A stretch of 64,000 nucleotides of DNA from Bilabrum cf. latius (lineage: Eukaryota), in assembly GCA_965178125.1 (NCBI GenBank), contig OZ237746.1, positions 310,001 to 374,000 of the forward strand. The letters are read 5' to 3'. Shown here one piece after another: positions 35,870 through 48,354 of this stretch. Below the pieces are notes generated by a model that ran no database searches, was not told where the DNA came from, and saw only the letters and a program-made list of their open reading frames with translations. A program made the position numbers and the translations under genes. Numbering within the stretch: position 1 is the stretch's first letter; each line of letters opens with the position of its first letter.

Positions 35870-37083
35870 GCAACCAGATATATGCCTGCGCAAAGGAGCT
35901 ACCAGGCGCAATGGAGCGGTGCATGTGAGTGTTCGCGTTAGTGTAGGGTAGGCGGCGCCATACTCTCAAGCACCGAGGGACAGGATGCAATCTTCGCCGT
36001 GATTCATAATTGCATACTAAAGTTTAAACAATTTGGCGCTTCTATCGTCCAAGACAGCTGAATCTCGGACAGAGAGCAAGAAGGTACTGTACTGTTGCAA
36101 TGCAGGCGCAGCTACCCCTGCTCATCAGTGCTACAGACCACTTAAGGTCTGCCAGGGACTCACATAATCGACACAGTAGTAATTCAATGAGTCTGGTAGC
36201 TTTCAACCGGTGGCGAGTCTGTGCCGCAAGGAGAAACTGGAAGCCTGGCGTAGCTGAGGAGCTGCTGATGGATCTGACTAGGCTCAACCGGAACCAGCAC
36301 GCAACTACTGACTGCCGTGAATGGTGGGCAGGATTCAGGATATAATGAAGGCACTCCAGAGAAACTTAAGACGTACGCATTATGCGAAAACGCGCATGCT
36401 CAGAACACTGGGAACCCCTCGCCGAGCTTGTCGGCCTCATAAGACGGCCTCATAGAACGCATGGATAATACTCAATGGTTGATGCGTGAGCTATACTGTA
36501 AGATAGATGGGATTGGGTGAGTGCATAGCTTGGAGCAATCGTTGCGCAAGCCTAGAACTACTAGTAGGGCGGGGTCGCACCGGCAGGTTGCGAAGCCGAC
36601 CTGCTGGTCGCATCCAAATGCCTACTAGATGTCAAAGGACGACAATACAATTAAAATGGCTGAAGTTTTACCGAGATAATAGCTTCTCTAGTAACCGTGT
36701 ATGCTTTTGACTGGGCAACAGAAGGCAGGCCGACGGGGGGACGCACGGGTTGCTGTGCGACTACTAGCGCACACTGGTAGGGCGTGCACTAGTGCAGAGG
36801 AGCTTCTGATGCAGACCAAAGTACCGGATGAAATCAAGGCAGTGGAAGCAAGGGGCAATTGCCAATGGAGGTATCGACACGGGAGAGGTTTACGCTTGGG
36901 ACAGGTTGGACTGGAAGTAATCTAGCAATAGGGCTACCCTGACCTTCGGTGCAAGTAGATGTTATGTTCTTGGACGTATAGTAGCGAAATACTCCACTTT
37001 TTGTCCCAGACCTCCATCCGGGACCGCCGACCAAGAGCCGACCGAAGGTCACCCGGGTCCAATACCTGAAGCCTCCAACCAGG

Positions 37084-39957
37084 TCAGTTCGGAAGCCCCT
37101 CCGTGTTCCCCAAGGTCCCATGCCTAGGCCCAGCGTCGCTCACGTCTAGCTAGGCTACTCCCAGCCGCAGGGCCAGCGACCCCGGCAGCAGCGTGAAGTT
37201 GCGAGCCCTCCAGTCGGCCATGCCGGGGTCACCCTCCACGGACCCTCGCTCGTGTCCCTGCTCCTGCCAGGACCGCAGCGAGCCGGAATTCGGGAACGTG
37301 GCGCTGAGCCGCCCCGAGGTGGCATTAAAGTACACGTTACTCCCCGAAATCACGTCCCGGAAGTTGTCCGCGTAGTTCATGGTGCAGTTGGGCCCCGCCA
37401 CCTTTGGGTCTTCCTCCCTGGCGCAGGGAAAGCTGTCGAAGACCATGCCGTTGGCTTGTGGCTGGTCGGCTGTATCTGCCAGGATGATGTTGCGGGAGAA
37501 GGTCGCGCTCGTGTAGGCGTACCAGTGGAGAGCTGGTTCGGACCTGGTCTCGCCATAGGCGTTTGGTGCGCCAGCGATGAAGAAGTTGTCCGTGATGGTG
37601 GTCCTCGGTGAGGCCCTGTCCATGGGCACGCCCGGGTTAACGTGCCACTTGAAGGGCGAGTCTGCCACGCCGTAAATCAAGTTGCCGGTCACGTTGTATC
37701 CCGTGGTTGACGTGTCCAGGTAGATGCCCGAGCCCCCGTTCTGGTATGCCGTGATGTTGGCCAGCACGTTGCTCGCGATGCTCATGGTCCTGTTGGCCCC
37801 CGTGGTTGACGTGTCCAGGTAGATGCCCGAGCCCCCGTTCTGGTATGCTGTGATGTTGGCCAGCACGTTGCTCGCGATGCTCATGGTCCTGTTGGCCCCC
37901 GTGGTTGACGTGTCCAGGTAGATGCCCGAGCCCCCGTTCTGGTATGCCGTGATGTTGGCCAGCACGTTGCTCGCGATGCTCATGGTCCTGTTGGCCCCCG
38001 TGGTTGACGTGTCCAGGTAGATGCCCGAGCCCCCGTTCTGGTATGCCGTGATGTTGGCCAGCACGTTGCTCGCGATGCTCATGGTCCTGTTGGCCCCCGT
38101 GCCCCCGATGTGCAAGGCCCCAAAGTCACAGATGCCCGAACTGTCCTCCTTCCCATTGCCGGCCACGACGTTCTTCCTGAAAACAGACCCCGAGGACGCG
38201 CCTCCCTCCATGGAGCTCTGGTACCCGTTAAAGTACCCGTCACGCATGGAGCAGTGCTGCACCAGCATTCCGTGCCCGATGGTAAAGATCCCCGGGGCGG
38301 AAGGCATCACCTGGCCAAACCCGTGCACCGACACGTCTTGCACGATGGACCCGCCCCGATCCTGCTCATCATGCGAGTCAATCGAGACGCCGCCTCCCCC
38401 CAGCTGCTCGAGGGAGCAGTTGGACACGCGCACATCCTGCGCATCCGACAGCTGGACTCCCCATCCTCCCAGGTTCCTGAACGTGCAGCCTTCGATGGTC
38501 CATCCACGCACCCCGGTTGCACGGACAGCAGCCCCGCGAACGCTCGTGCCGGCGTCTCCGTCGCAGGCTGTCCCAGGGGTGCATCGGAAGGCAGTGCCCT
38601 CAAATACCAGGTCCTTCGGGTGCAGCTCGCCGTGAGTTTGGTCCCTTAAAGCGCTGGGAGGGGCCGATCTTCCACTTACCCCGGTGCCGCTGGCCTCCTC
38701 ACGGCGGACCCCTCCGGCAGGCGGCTCTGATGATGACACAAGCAAGGAAGGGGCCACTGCCACCGAGAACTAGCCGTTCGGCGCCGTGGCCAGCTCCTTC
38801 CTCACAAACAGCACGCAACCTCCATGGCTCGGGTCATCGCACGCCGCATCCCCTGGTGCCCCCTCTTTAGCCGGCACGATCAGGAAGTCTCCCTCTGCTG
38901 GGCCGAGGGAGGAGCCCGCGCCCTAGGGCTCATGACCCGGGTCATGAACACCCTGTGCATCTAGCACTCTTCTATCCTGCCCCACACTACGACGCCCCGC
39001 TGCATTCCCCTTGCCCCCAGCAGCAGCAGCAGCTGCCAGTGGGAGGGACAGCAGTTCACGGGCCCCCTCTAAGTACCACCTGCGCTTGGAGCAGTACTCG
39101 TAGCTGCCCAAGGGGAACTTGGTGCGCTCTAGGAACGAGACCATGTCACCCTTGCTTTCTCCTAGGAGGCCCGTGCTGTTGCGATACGCTCCCGTTCCAA
39201 GCAGCGCCGTGGACGCACCTCGGCGGCGGGGACTCGGAGTCGGAGTCACGCTGGCGATCGAGTGCCTCGATTTGGTCCACGAGTGGAACACCCACGCGCG
39301 CCACCCGGCGAGGGCGGCTTCCGAGGCGTCCAGCCCAGCCAAGTCTCCGGGGGCTGCAATGAGGCCCTCGGTGTTGAGGGGGCTGCTTCTGTTGGCTGGA
39401 TCGGGAGGAGCAGCCCAGTACAGCATCCGGGACCGCAGCCGCACCAGCCTTTTGCTCCCCTCCGCGCTAGTTTGATCGGTGAAGTAGACGTCCTAATGAG
39501 TCGCATTGATCGGGAGTGAGGCTAGAGGAGCACTGCACCATGTACTATGTGAGCTACAGTTCCAACTAGGTGCCCCATTTCTCAAAAACGGGGACGAAAT
39601 AGAACCTGACACGATCGCTCGGCGATCTCTGGGAGCCAGCCCCGGCCAAGTCGTCAGTGTGATATTCAGCCAGCTCTTCGCCAAATTTACCGACGGGACT
39701 GCTATAGAATCATTGCTTCTGTGAACGGTCGGAGCCAGAAATACCGAATAGTATGTGCTCTGGCTATTTGATACCAATGCCATCGCAGCATGGACCGTGG
39801 CAAGAGGCCGCTCCGCGGTACCCGGACCCGCGTCACTACCAGTCCTAGGATCAACATAAATGAGAGATTGAGCCCATGTAGCACACGACGAAGTGGCTGC
39901 AACAAGTAGGAGCATCCTCAAAGTCCCTAGATGGCGTGGTGGTTTCAAGCCAATCAT
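37084..39957 (-). CDS. Secreted right-handed parallel beta-helix protein (pectin-lyase-like fold, ~957 aa)
   Basis: Signal-like N-terminus, IYVDPRTGSDAGPGTAERPLAT, GSGIYLD and VEGDPGMAD...NFTLLPGSLAL motifs; frame open except for TAGs; TGA stop. Confidence 0.75.
37700..38101. repeat. 99-bp near-perfect coding tandem repeat, 4 copies
   Basis: GANRTMSIASNVLANITAYQNGGSGIYLDTSTT four times. Confidence 0.95.
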
Positions 39958-40281
39958 GTCTGTCCCGCGGACTTCAGGAACACCGTGAACAGCAAGGCTA
40001 CAGCTGCAAAAACAATTAACTTTCTCCCGACACCAGGTCTGCCAAGCGTGCGTGGTTTGACGGAAAAGGAGGTTGGGTTGTAAAGGGGATCCGGAGCATA
40101 GGATCCAAACACTTCCAAACACTCACAAAGTGCAAGATAGAACTAAATATATCGATACATGTGCTCTAGTGTGTCATGTGCAGACGCGACTGGGGTGATG
40201 AAGCAGGCTTACCTGAATCCGATGAGTGCCAGGTCCTCCATCCCCAAGGATTTCAGGTCAGCGCATCCCACTGGCACTGGT

Positions 40282-43200
40282 TCATGGCACCACATCTAAG
40301 TCCACACCAATGCCAACTTTCCCATCGGTGTCTGATCCCGCACCATACTTGTCCATTGCCTCCGTGATGATCCTCGTGTCATCTTCCGGGTCAGGTGCCG
40401 ATGGGCTTCCCAGCACCTTCAGCATGTCGGGCAAGACGCCGGCCCGCGACATCACTCTTTGCACGGGCTCTGGCCCCAGCAGGATGTGCTTAAGTGTCCC
40501 GGCAGCGATCATTCCCACGTGATCGGTTCTCGTGCGCATCAAGCGAGCAAGGGGCTGAATGGCGCTGGCAGTTGCCATCTGGCACATCTCATGGGCCCCT
40601 TGCGAAAGGTCGTTGAGAGCCCAGACCGCTCGTTCCAGTTTCACCGGATCCGCGGAGTCCAAATGTGGTTTTATTGCTGCAATGGCCCTTGACTCGATGA
40701 TCGCCAGCTTGCACGTCAGGCTACCCTCAGCCAGAGTCCGAATGGCTGCAAGGGCAGCAGCATCCCTGCCTGCCTGTGGCATTCTGAGGCAACGCACGAT
40801 GATGGGAAGGAGTCCTGCGCGCACAACCTGCTCATTCACGCTGTTGTCTGCTTTCAGAGCCAGATTATTGAGTATGGCCATGAGGCTGCGGTGGGCCCTT
40901 GTTCCCTGCGCTTTGAGCTGGTCGAGTGCGACCGGCAGCACGCCGGCTGCCATGATGGCGCGGACACACACGTCACCGCCCAATGACAGATTTTGAATGG
41001 CCACACATGCCTGGGTATAGGCAGCAGGCTATTCGTTTGGCTGTTGCATGAGGGCAGCAAGGGCAGGAACAGCGCCTGCATCCACGATGCCAATGCTGAT
41101 CTCTCGATCGTCCGGTCCTTGCAATCGAGCAGCCATGTTCACCAGGCATTGAGCAGCGAGTTCTGCTGATTGTCCGTGTCTTGAGGAAAGCATAGCTACC
41201 AACCCGGGAGCTGCACCGGACTGAATAAATGCCAAGGGACAGCGGCTCCCAGGCGACATACTGATGATGTTGCAGATCGCCCGCGCCGCAGCCTTGGCCT
41301 GCTCGATGTCCTCGTGGCACACCATGCGGGACAGCTCGGGGATTGCGCCTGCCCCTATGACTGCTTTGGTCAAACCAGTGTTCTCACAGCAGCACCTGGA
41401 CAGAAAGCCCGCAGCCCTCGCGGCTATTTCGCATTGAGGCGCATCATCGCGGTCGGATTTGAGCAGTCCGACGATGGCTGTGACTACGGCACCCGTCTTG
41501 GCAGTGATTTGCTGCTAGTCTGTCAGCGCCAAAAGCTTTCGCACGGTGTGCTCAGCATTGGTCGCTGCAGATCTTGAGGGCGATCCCAGCATGGCGATGA
41601 GGTGTGGAAGTGCTCCGCAGTCTAGCACCTCCTGCACTACGCGTGGCGATGTCGCTGATAGCTGAAGGATGACAAGGCCAGCACCGTAAGACGCGACTGT
41701 ATTGCAAGGAGACAGCGACTCGACCATCGCTTGAATGACGCCCGCTTCAATGATAGCATGCTCGTATGCCCTGCTGTCCAAATTGTGTAGGGTCATGCAG
41801 GAGAAGTACACCACCTTGATATCAGTGGAGCTCAGCATTTTGAGCAGCTCTGGCACAGCACCACCGTCCACCACGGATTCACGCATTCGCTTGCTTGCGG
41901 TAGCGTAAATCATGAGTAGAAGCCCTGCGATCTACTTGATGCATCTTGCGTCCTCATCGATGGCCGGCTCTCTCACGATGGCGAGGAGATGAGGAACCGT
42001 GGTTCCTTTGGCGAGAGCCGGAATAACTTGCGCTGGTTGAAGCACCGCAATCGTGTCCAGCACCCGAATCCCGAGCTTGCCTTCATCTTCTACGGCATGA
42101 CCTGGCATTCCAGCGAGACAAGGGAGCATGTCAGAGTCGTTGATTGCTCGCCTCGCTTCGGGCCATACAGCTAGAGAGGTCAAGCAGTACAAGCTTGCAT
42201 TGCGCAGCATAACACTCCCAGAACGCAGGATTTGCAAGAGTACTGGCAGGACACCGGCTTTGATAGCAGGCATAGCCGCTTCTTTATGCACCAGCATGCC
42301 AATCATCACGCTCCCACCTGCGTCGGTGTATATCTTATCCTTGGACTGCAACAGTTGGACCACCCAAGGGATTGCACCTGCATTGATCAGCTGTAGCGCG
42401 AATGCTTGAGATCGAATGGCAGTATACGAGCAGGTCATGGAGGCAGAACTGGCCAAGTACTCGTCCCTGGATCCAAGCATACGTATAAGCAACGGGGCCA
42501 AGTCAGCTCTCTCAATCACGTGCAGAGTGGCATCCGTGTCGGCCTCTAGGACTAGTGTCAGTGCTTGCAACGCCCAGCCAGCGAGTGTCGCCTTCTCAGA
42601 CTTTATCACGGCCACGAGTTCTTCCACGGTACCTGGATGAACAATGGAACATTCATCCTCGCTGGATGTCCCCTTTGCTGCTGCAGAGTCCTGCCCATGG
42701 ATCCCTTGATGCACTGGCCGCAGGAGCGCGCATGCACGTCGGATGCTCATGGGCGAAGCCGTTCCATTGTTAAGCAGAGCCGTGACGATGCTGCGGTACA
42801 GAATCAGGTTACCATCAATCCGACATCGACCATATTCACCTTTTCCTTCCATCCCAAGGCGTTTCGCCAAGCCGTCCTGCCTCAGCTCAGCGGCTTCCAG
42901 CACGCCATGCGGTGATGTGGCAGTGGCAGGTTGCTATTGGCCGGAATGCGCAAGAGCAAATGCACGAGCTAGATCACGTAAACCTAGCACTTCTGCCTAG
43001 CAACTACGAATACCGCCTGCCCCATTCGATGGGCTGGCACTGCTTTTGTAGACTTTCAGTGCCTGCTAAAGGACCCGACCTACAGCCATGCTCCCAGCGA
43101 CTTCCGAGCGGGCGTGATTCTTCTCTGATACATTGTGGTCAGCAGTGCTAGCGGCAGGCCACGCTTCGATTGAGGCTCGCTTCATCTCCAGTGGAGCACG

Positions 43201-43902
43201 TAGTACGGCCTTTCCCGCCTTGCTCTCGTCATACCCCACATCCTCCGTCGTCCACATGACGTGGTCCAGGCTCAGCCCGCTGAGATCCACCCCGTGATGC
43301 ATCAGGTGGTGCGCGCCCTCCGCGATGTCGCTGGCGATCTGCACCAATTGGATGGTCGGAACGCGGTCAAGAGCTTGCTTGATGTTTTCCAGATGCTGCC
43401 TCAGGGTGCACTCGATCCGCTCGGTCACGACCACCCTGGCCCTCGAAGGGATCGAGGCCTCGTCCTGTGCTCCACCGGAAGCGGCTCCCTTGGAGCTGGT
43501 CGATACACCTGGTGCTCTATCGTGCCTAATGAGGCTGCTTGCCCACTCAGGAATCTCTGTCATCTCATCGAAAAGCACGCCGACCACGTTTGGGTGGTCG
43601 GGGATTTGCGTGGAATCAGCGCTTGACTGGGCTGCTGCTTGAGCCTCCGACGTAAGCAATCTCTTCGCGGCGCCGTATGACTTCTTATTCTTCTAGTATA
43701 TCCAAACCGTACTCTTGAAGTCTCTCATGGTGATACATGCCGCTGAAGTGCCGGGCATGATCATGATCAATGGCGAATCTCGACTATTGAGAGTTACGTG
43801 CCCGTCGCCCCTGAACACGATCGTAAACTGCGCAGCATTGGATCCTGCTGAAAGAGGATTGATTGTAGTATCTACTTCCTGGCTTGCGTGGACACCAGAC
43901 AT
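40282..43902 (-). CDS. Pseudokinase-Armadillo repeat protein, paralog 2 (~1206 aa)
   Basis: Six track ORFs in one frame separated only by TAG; co-linear with paralog 1; TGA stop. Confidence 0.82.
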
Positions 43903-44638
43903 CTGCTGCATGATTAGGAAACCTAAAATGGATAGCAGATACGCGGATCGTCAAGCAGTGGTACAACGAACCAATCTTGCTTAGATTGAGGCTAAATTTC
44001 GATCTTGGATTAGATCATATTTTGTTCTTTGCTGTTTGGTGTAGCATGTTGTCAGATCTTACTTTGAAACTATAGTTTGTGGCAGATTTTGTCACTCGTC
44101 GATCTGGGTATGTTGTGTGACAATATCATGAGATGAATCTCGGATTTTCGGTTTCTCACGGGCATTTGATGTGACAGGCTGAGGATGACTTGATTGCATT
44201 GCAGCCGATGCTTGGTAGTGAATGGGATAGAATGAACAGAACCTGTACAAGAAAATTACGTCATGTTCAATTCAAGCCAGCGTCGCGTTCACGGCGCTGG
44301 TTAATTTTCTAGGCCTGACAGCGCAGTGAGCATCGCCACTGCACTCATCCATTCAATTGGTACCAGCACGGCACGCCTTCGACTCGAGATCGCCAAGGAC
44401 TCGAGATTGCCATGGACTCAAGGTGCCAGGACTGGCATACAAGTCGTCACGTCTGGCCGACATTTCTCGCTAGGAGTCGACTGATATCGCCATATCAGCT
44501 TGCTTGCACGCAGATATTCTTGCCCTGCCTTTCTCTTGAAGCTTGCATGAGAGTTGCTTCTGTTCTTGCAACAATCTCTCATTGATCCCGCTCTACATTG
44601 CTGACCCTCTGGGCAACTCCTCACACCGAGTGACTGTA

Positions 44639-47600
44639 CCGTCAGGGGGCTCATTACCGGAATAAAAATCGCCGATTGGGCCTATTTTCGGGGGCCGCGT
44701 TCAAACCTTTAGTAATCATAACAGAGCTAATTTTTGATTGTTATGTAATATATACTTCAATAATATGCCTGTGGTGAAATATTAGGCCTGAGAAGACAAT
44801 ATTGACGAAGATACAGCGGGTGCAGTTCCAGCCGTCGGCCACCGAGCACGGATTCCACGAAATTTCGCCCGGCAGGCCGCATAAGAGGACTAGCTTTCGT
44901 CCCCACACACGCTGTGAATTTTGAGCCTTCCTTAGCGATTTTTTATCTGCTAGATTATCATGGTATATTTTAATGTTTAGCGGAGTAGCAAATTTCAATA
45001 TCAGCGACACAGGGTTAAACACCTTGGCGAGCGCGCTTGGACGGGCGAGACACCCTCTTGAGACCCCCGCTGCGAGCTCCTGCAGGGATTTTCGCACTTT
45101 TGCGGGTGTCATCGACTTCATATGAGTCCGTATTAGCGTCTGCTTGCCTCATCCGCTTGGATCCGGGGGCGGCTGGGCCGTGGCTAGGCAGGTTCTGCTG
45201 CTCGTGCTGCTGCACTCGAGCAAGCTGCTTCTCAGCTGCACGGCGTTTCCTGCGTTCATCTGCCAGCAGAGCCCGCTAATTCGCCAGCAACTTGCTCTAT
45301 TCCCTCAGTTTCAGCTTGAGGGCATTCTTTTCCTGCACTTCGCTCCGTTTTTCGGCCTGCAGCTTCTTGATTTTGTCCAGCAGACTCTGCTTCTTCGAGA
45401 CCTTGGCCTGTGCTTTCGCCCTGACCTCCTTTCGCTGGTCATGTACAGTCTCAGCTTCATCAAGAAGCTTATAAGCTTTCCCCTCCGCCATGGCAGTCCG
45501 AGTACTGCGACTATTCGACAGCTGCCGGGCGCCTTCCGCCGCTACGAGGCTGATGCCATCCATCGCGATGTGCAGGTCCCCACCCAGCCGCAAGTGTCTC
45601 TTTAAGAAAGCTCCGTTCATGGTTGAACGTAGACTCTCTTCAACACCAGCTGCCCTACCGATAGCACCTGATTCGCCGAGCTTAGCGCCCATGTCGCCGA
45701 GCGTTGGTGCCCGGGAGCTCCCCCTTGGCGTGCTACGTGTCCGGGTCGCAACAGGGGACCCCACTGATGATTTACTGGTAACACACCCCGTCACTACGTC
45801 TGCCTCCATTGCTACGTCATAGCTCGACGTAATGGCGCCGGCCATGCCGCTCACCCGTTGCAGTAGAGGCTTGCTCGCAGCGTCGTCCGTAGGGGCTGGA
45901 GCAGGTGCCCCCGCGCCTGGTTTGCCCTCCACCTCCATGGGAACCCAGGTCATTGCCTACTCTGGGCACAAAGGGTATATACCCGACTTCCGGAAGCCCG
46001 CCTTGATGTTGCTCTCCGTCATCGCAGCGTCCACTGACAGCTTGACGATCAGGGGGATCCACTCGTCACTGATGGCGCGCTCCTTCTCCTCCACCCCATC
46101 CACGAGCTCGTAGATCTTCCGAATGTTGAGCCTACGTACGTCTTCGACAGGCATGTGCACTTCCACAGCGTCCTCATCCTCATCCTCACTGTCGCTATCG
46201 TCCTGCATGGCGGCGTACGCCTTCGATCTCGCATGGCTTGACTGCTGCTCCTCTAGCCACTGCATCGCTCGCTTGACGGCTTGCTTGAACGGGGCGAAAA
46301 CGGCGACGTCCAAAGGCTGAACAATATGTGACAAGTTGGGGGGCAGTCTCATCAGCTTGATGCCGTACTTCTCTGCCACTCGTTTGCCTTGGGCGTTAAA
46401 GTGCGTGTCATGACCATCCACGAACAGGTAGGCTGGTTCCCGAGGCCCAACCTTGCATTGCTTGCGGTACTATTGGAGCCATTGGCCAAAATGCTCCAGC
46501 AGACAGTTCCACGTGAATCCATTGGACCATCCAGATGGGGACGCTCCGTAAATACAGTTGATAGGCGACGCCCTCCGGCCGTGTAGTCCAACTAGGCCTA
46601 CTCGAAGTTGGGAGGTGGTCGCATTCCGAGTCCCCGAGTACAATCGATGCCGAGCGATCTCAGCCATTTCCATTTCCTCCGCCTCCCGAAGAGCCTACCG
46701 GGCCGCCTTCAAGACTTTTTTGTGCTCTTCTACAGCTGCAAGCTCCTTTTTGGAGGGGGTTCTTGCCTACTGCCGGCGCGCCCGCTGGTCCCTGCGAACC
46801 ACCCTCTCTAGCCGCGAGACATTGATAGCAGCTTCTTGACGGCCTCTCAGAGCACTTTGCAGGGCGGCCAAACTTGCTTCGGTCTCCCGTGCTGGAACTC
46901 CACCTATGGAAGTGGCAGCGTCCATCAATCCTTGGTACTTCGTTAGAAGAGTGGCCACTGCTGCTGCAGTGGATGAGGAAGAGCTGGAGGCCGCTTGGGA
47001 GGGGCGTGCCGCTGCCGCAGCTGATGATGAACTCGAGCCCGCGGAAGCGCTGGAAGCCTTCGTTGACACGGAAACTCTAGCACGATGCCCTGACTTCGCG
47101 TACTTGGACTTCACCGCCTCAAACTGAGCCTCGAGCTAGCTCGTCTGCTTCACCGCCGCCTTCCTCTTCTCCTCGGCCTTGACGCCGGCTGCAGCCGCTG
47201 CTGCCTTCTCTTTCTTCGTGACTTCCCCCCCAGCCTAGAAAATAAGCATACATACAGCTAGTTGACCTGCTGCGCTGATGATAGGTAGAAAGGTTGCGGT
47301 TTTCTTGTTCCAGTCTGGCCGGTTGCCGTTCACTCTTGCCATGTCCTTGCCAGATATGATTCTGGACGCACAGCGGTACAACTGCAGCATCGTTTCGTCT
47401 GCGTTGAAAATAAAGCGGGGATCGATCCGCTTCTTGCCAAGTTTGACCTTCCCGGTCTTCTTGTCAATCTTGTAGCCGAATTCTTTTGCTAGCTACACCA
47501 TGAAGTCCTACTGCAAGTGCGCCGCCTCTGCCTGTTTTCTGCTGCACTCCTTGTCTTCGTCCTTCTTTGCTGATAGGCCAAAGTTTGTTAAGAAGGTACG

Positions 47601-48240
47601 ATACGACTTGTAGCCAGGCATCCAATCTTTCGGCTTCAGACCTGCTCGTGTGGCCATTGCTCCAAGGAGGCCGCGTCCCCGAGGGACCGAGACACCGGAC
47701 CCCATCTCAGCCAGCTGCCGGAACATGGTGGCCACGATATGTTGCACCCAATGAGACAAAAAAGGAGGCTGTCCTCTTTTTGCCTATATCGGCGTGCCAT
47801 TCTAAAGACACGTGCGCCAGTGGTACCATCGCTTCGGATCGACCTTCCTTTCAACCCGTTGGCCACTGTCGTCCACCTTCGAGAACGATACACTCGCACA
47901 TGCCTCTGGAATCTTCATCCGCTTGCCATCATCGGAAATTTCAAGTATTCTATTGAACATGAAAGCTCTTTCTGGGGACAGAATCATGTTCTGATACCAT
48001 TTTTCCGTCACCTCAAATGCTTCAATCCCCTCGATCAACAAATTCGCAGCCTCCACGACCTTCTTTAGCGCGCTTTTCTAAGTTTTGACCTTCCCAGATG
48101 AATTCAAGACCTACTAAGTCTGTGTAATCATGACTAGCACTGGCGGTGGCAGTAAATTGGAACTGTAATTTGGCCAAGAAATCTAGTCCGTTTATGCTGC
48201 CTGCTCGCTCGGGATTCCGGTAATGAGCCCCCTGTGATGG
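44639..48240 (-). mobile_element. pogo/Fot1-like (Tc1/mariner superfamily) DNA transposon, 3602 bp
   Basis: Imperfect TIRs ccgtcagggggctcattaccggaat (44639) and attccggtaatgagccccctgtgatgg (ending 48240); TA on both sides (44637-38, 48241-42); encodes DDE_1-type transposase. Confidence 0.9.
45015..48131 (-). CDS. DDE_1-type (pogo-like) transposase (~1038 aa)
   Basis: IFNADET, LFVDGHDTH, SHIVQPLDVAVFAPFK and IKAGFRKSGIYP motifs in one frame with many TAGs; TAA stop. Confidence 0.85.
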
Positions 48241-48354
48241 TACAGAGCACGGTCTGCTCACCAGCACAACCCCCCTGCTTCACGTCGCTAAGATCATCAT
48301 GTGCAAAGACTTGCACCGAACAAGCGACATTCAGATGTCTTGCTGACGTAGCAT

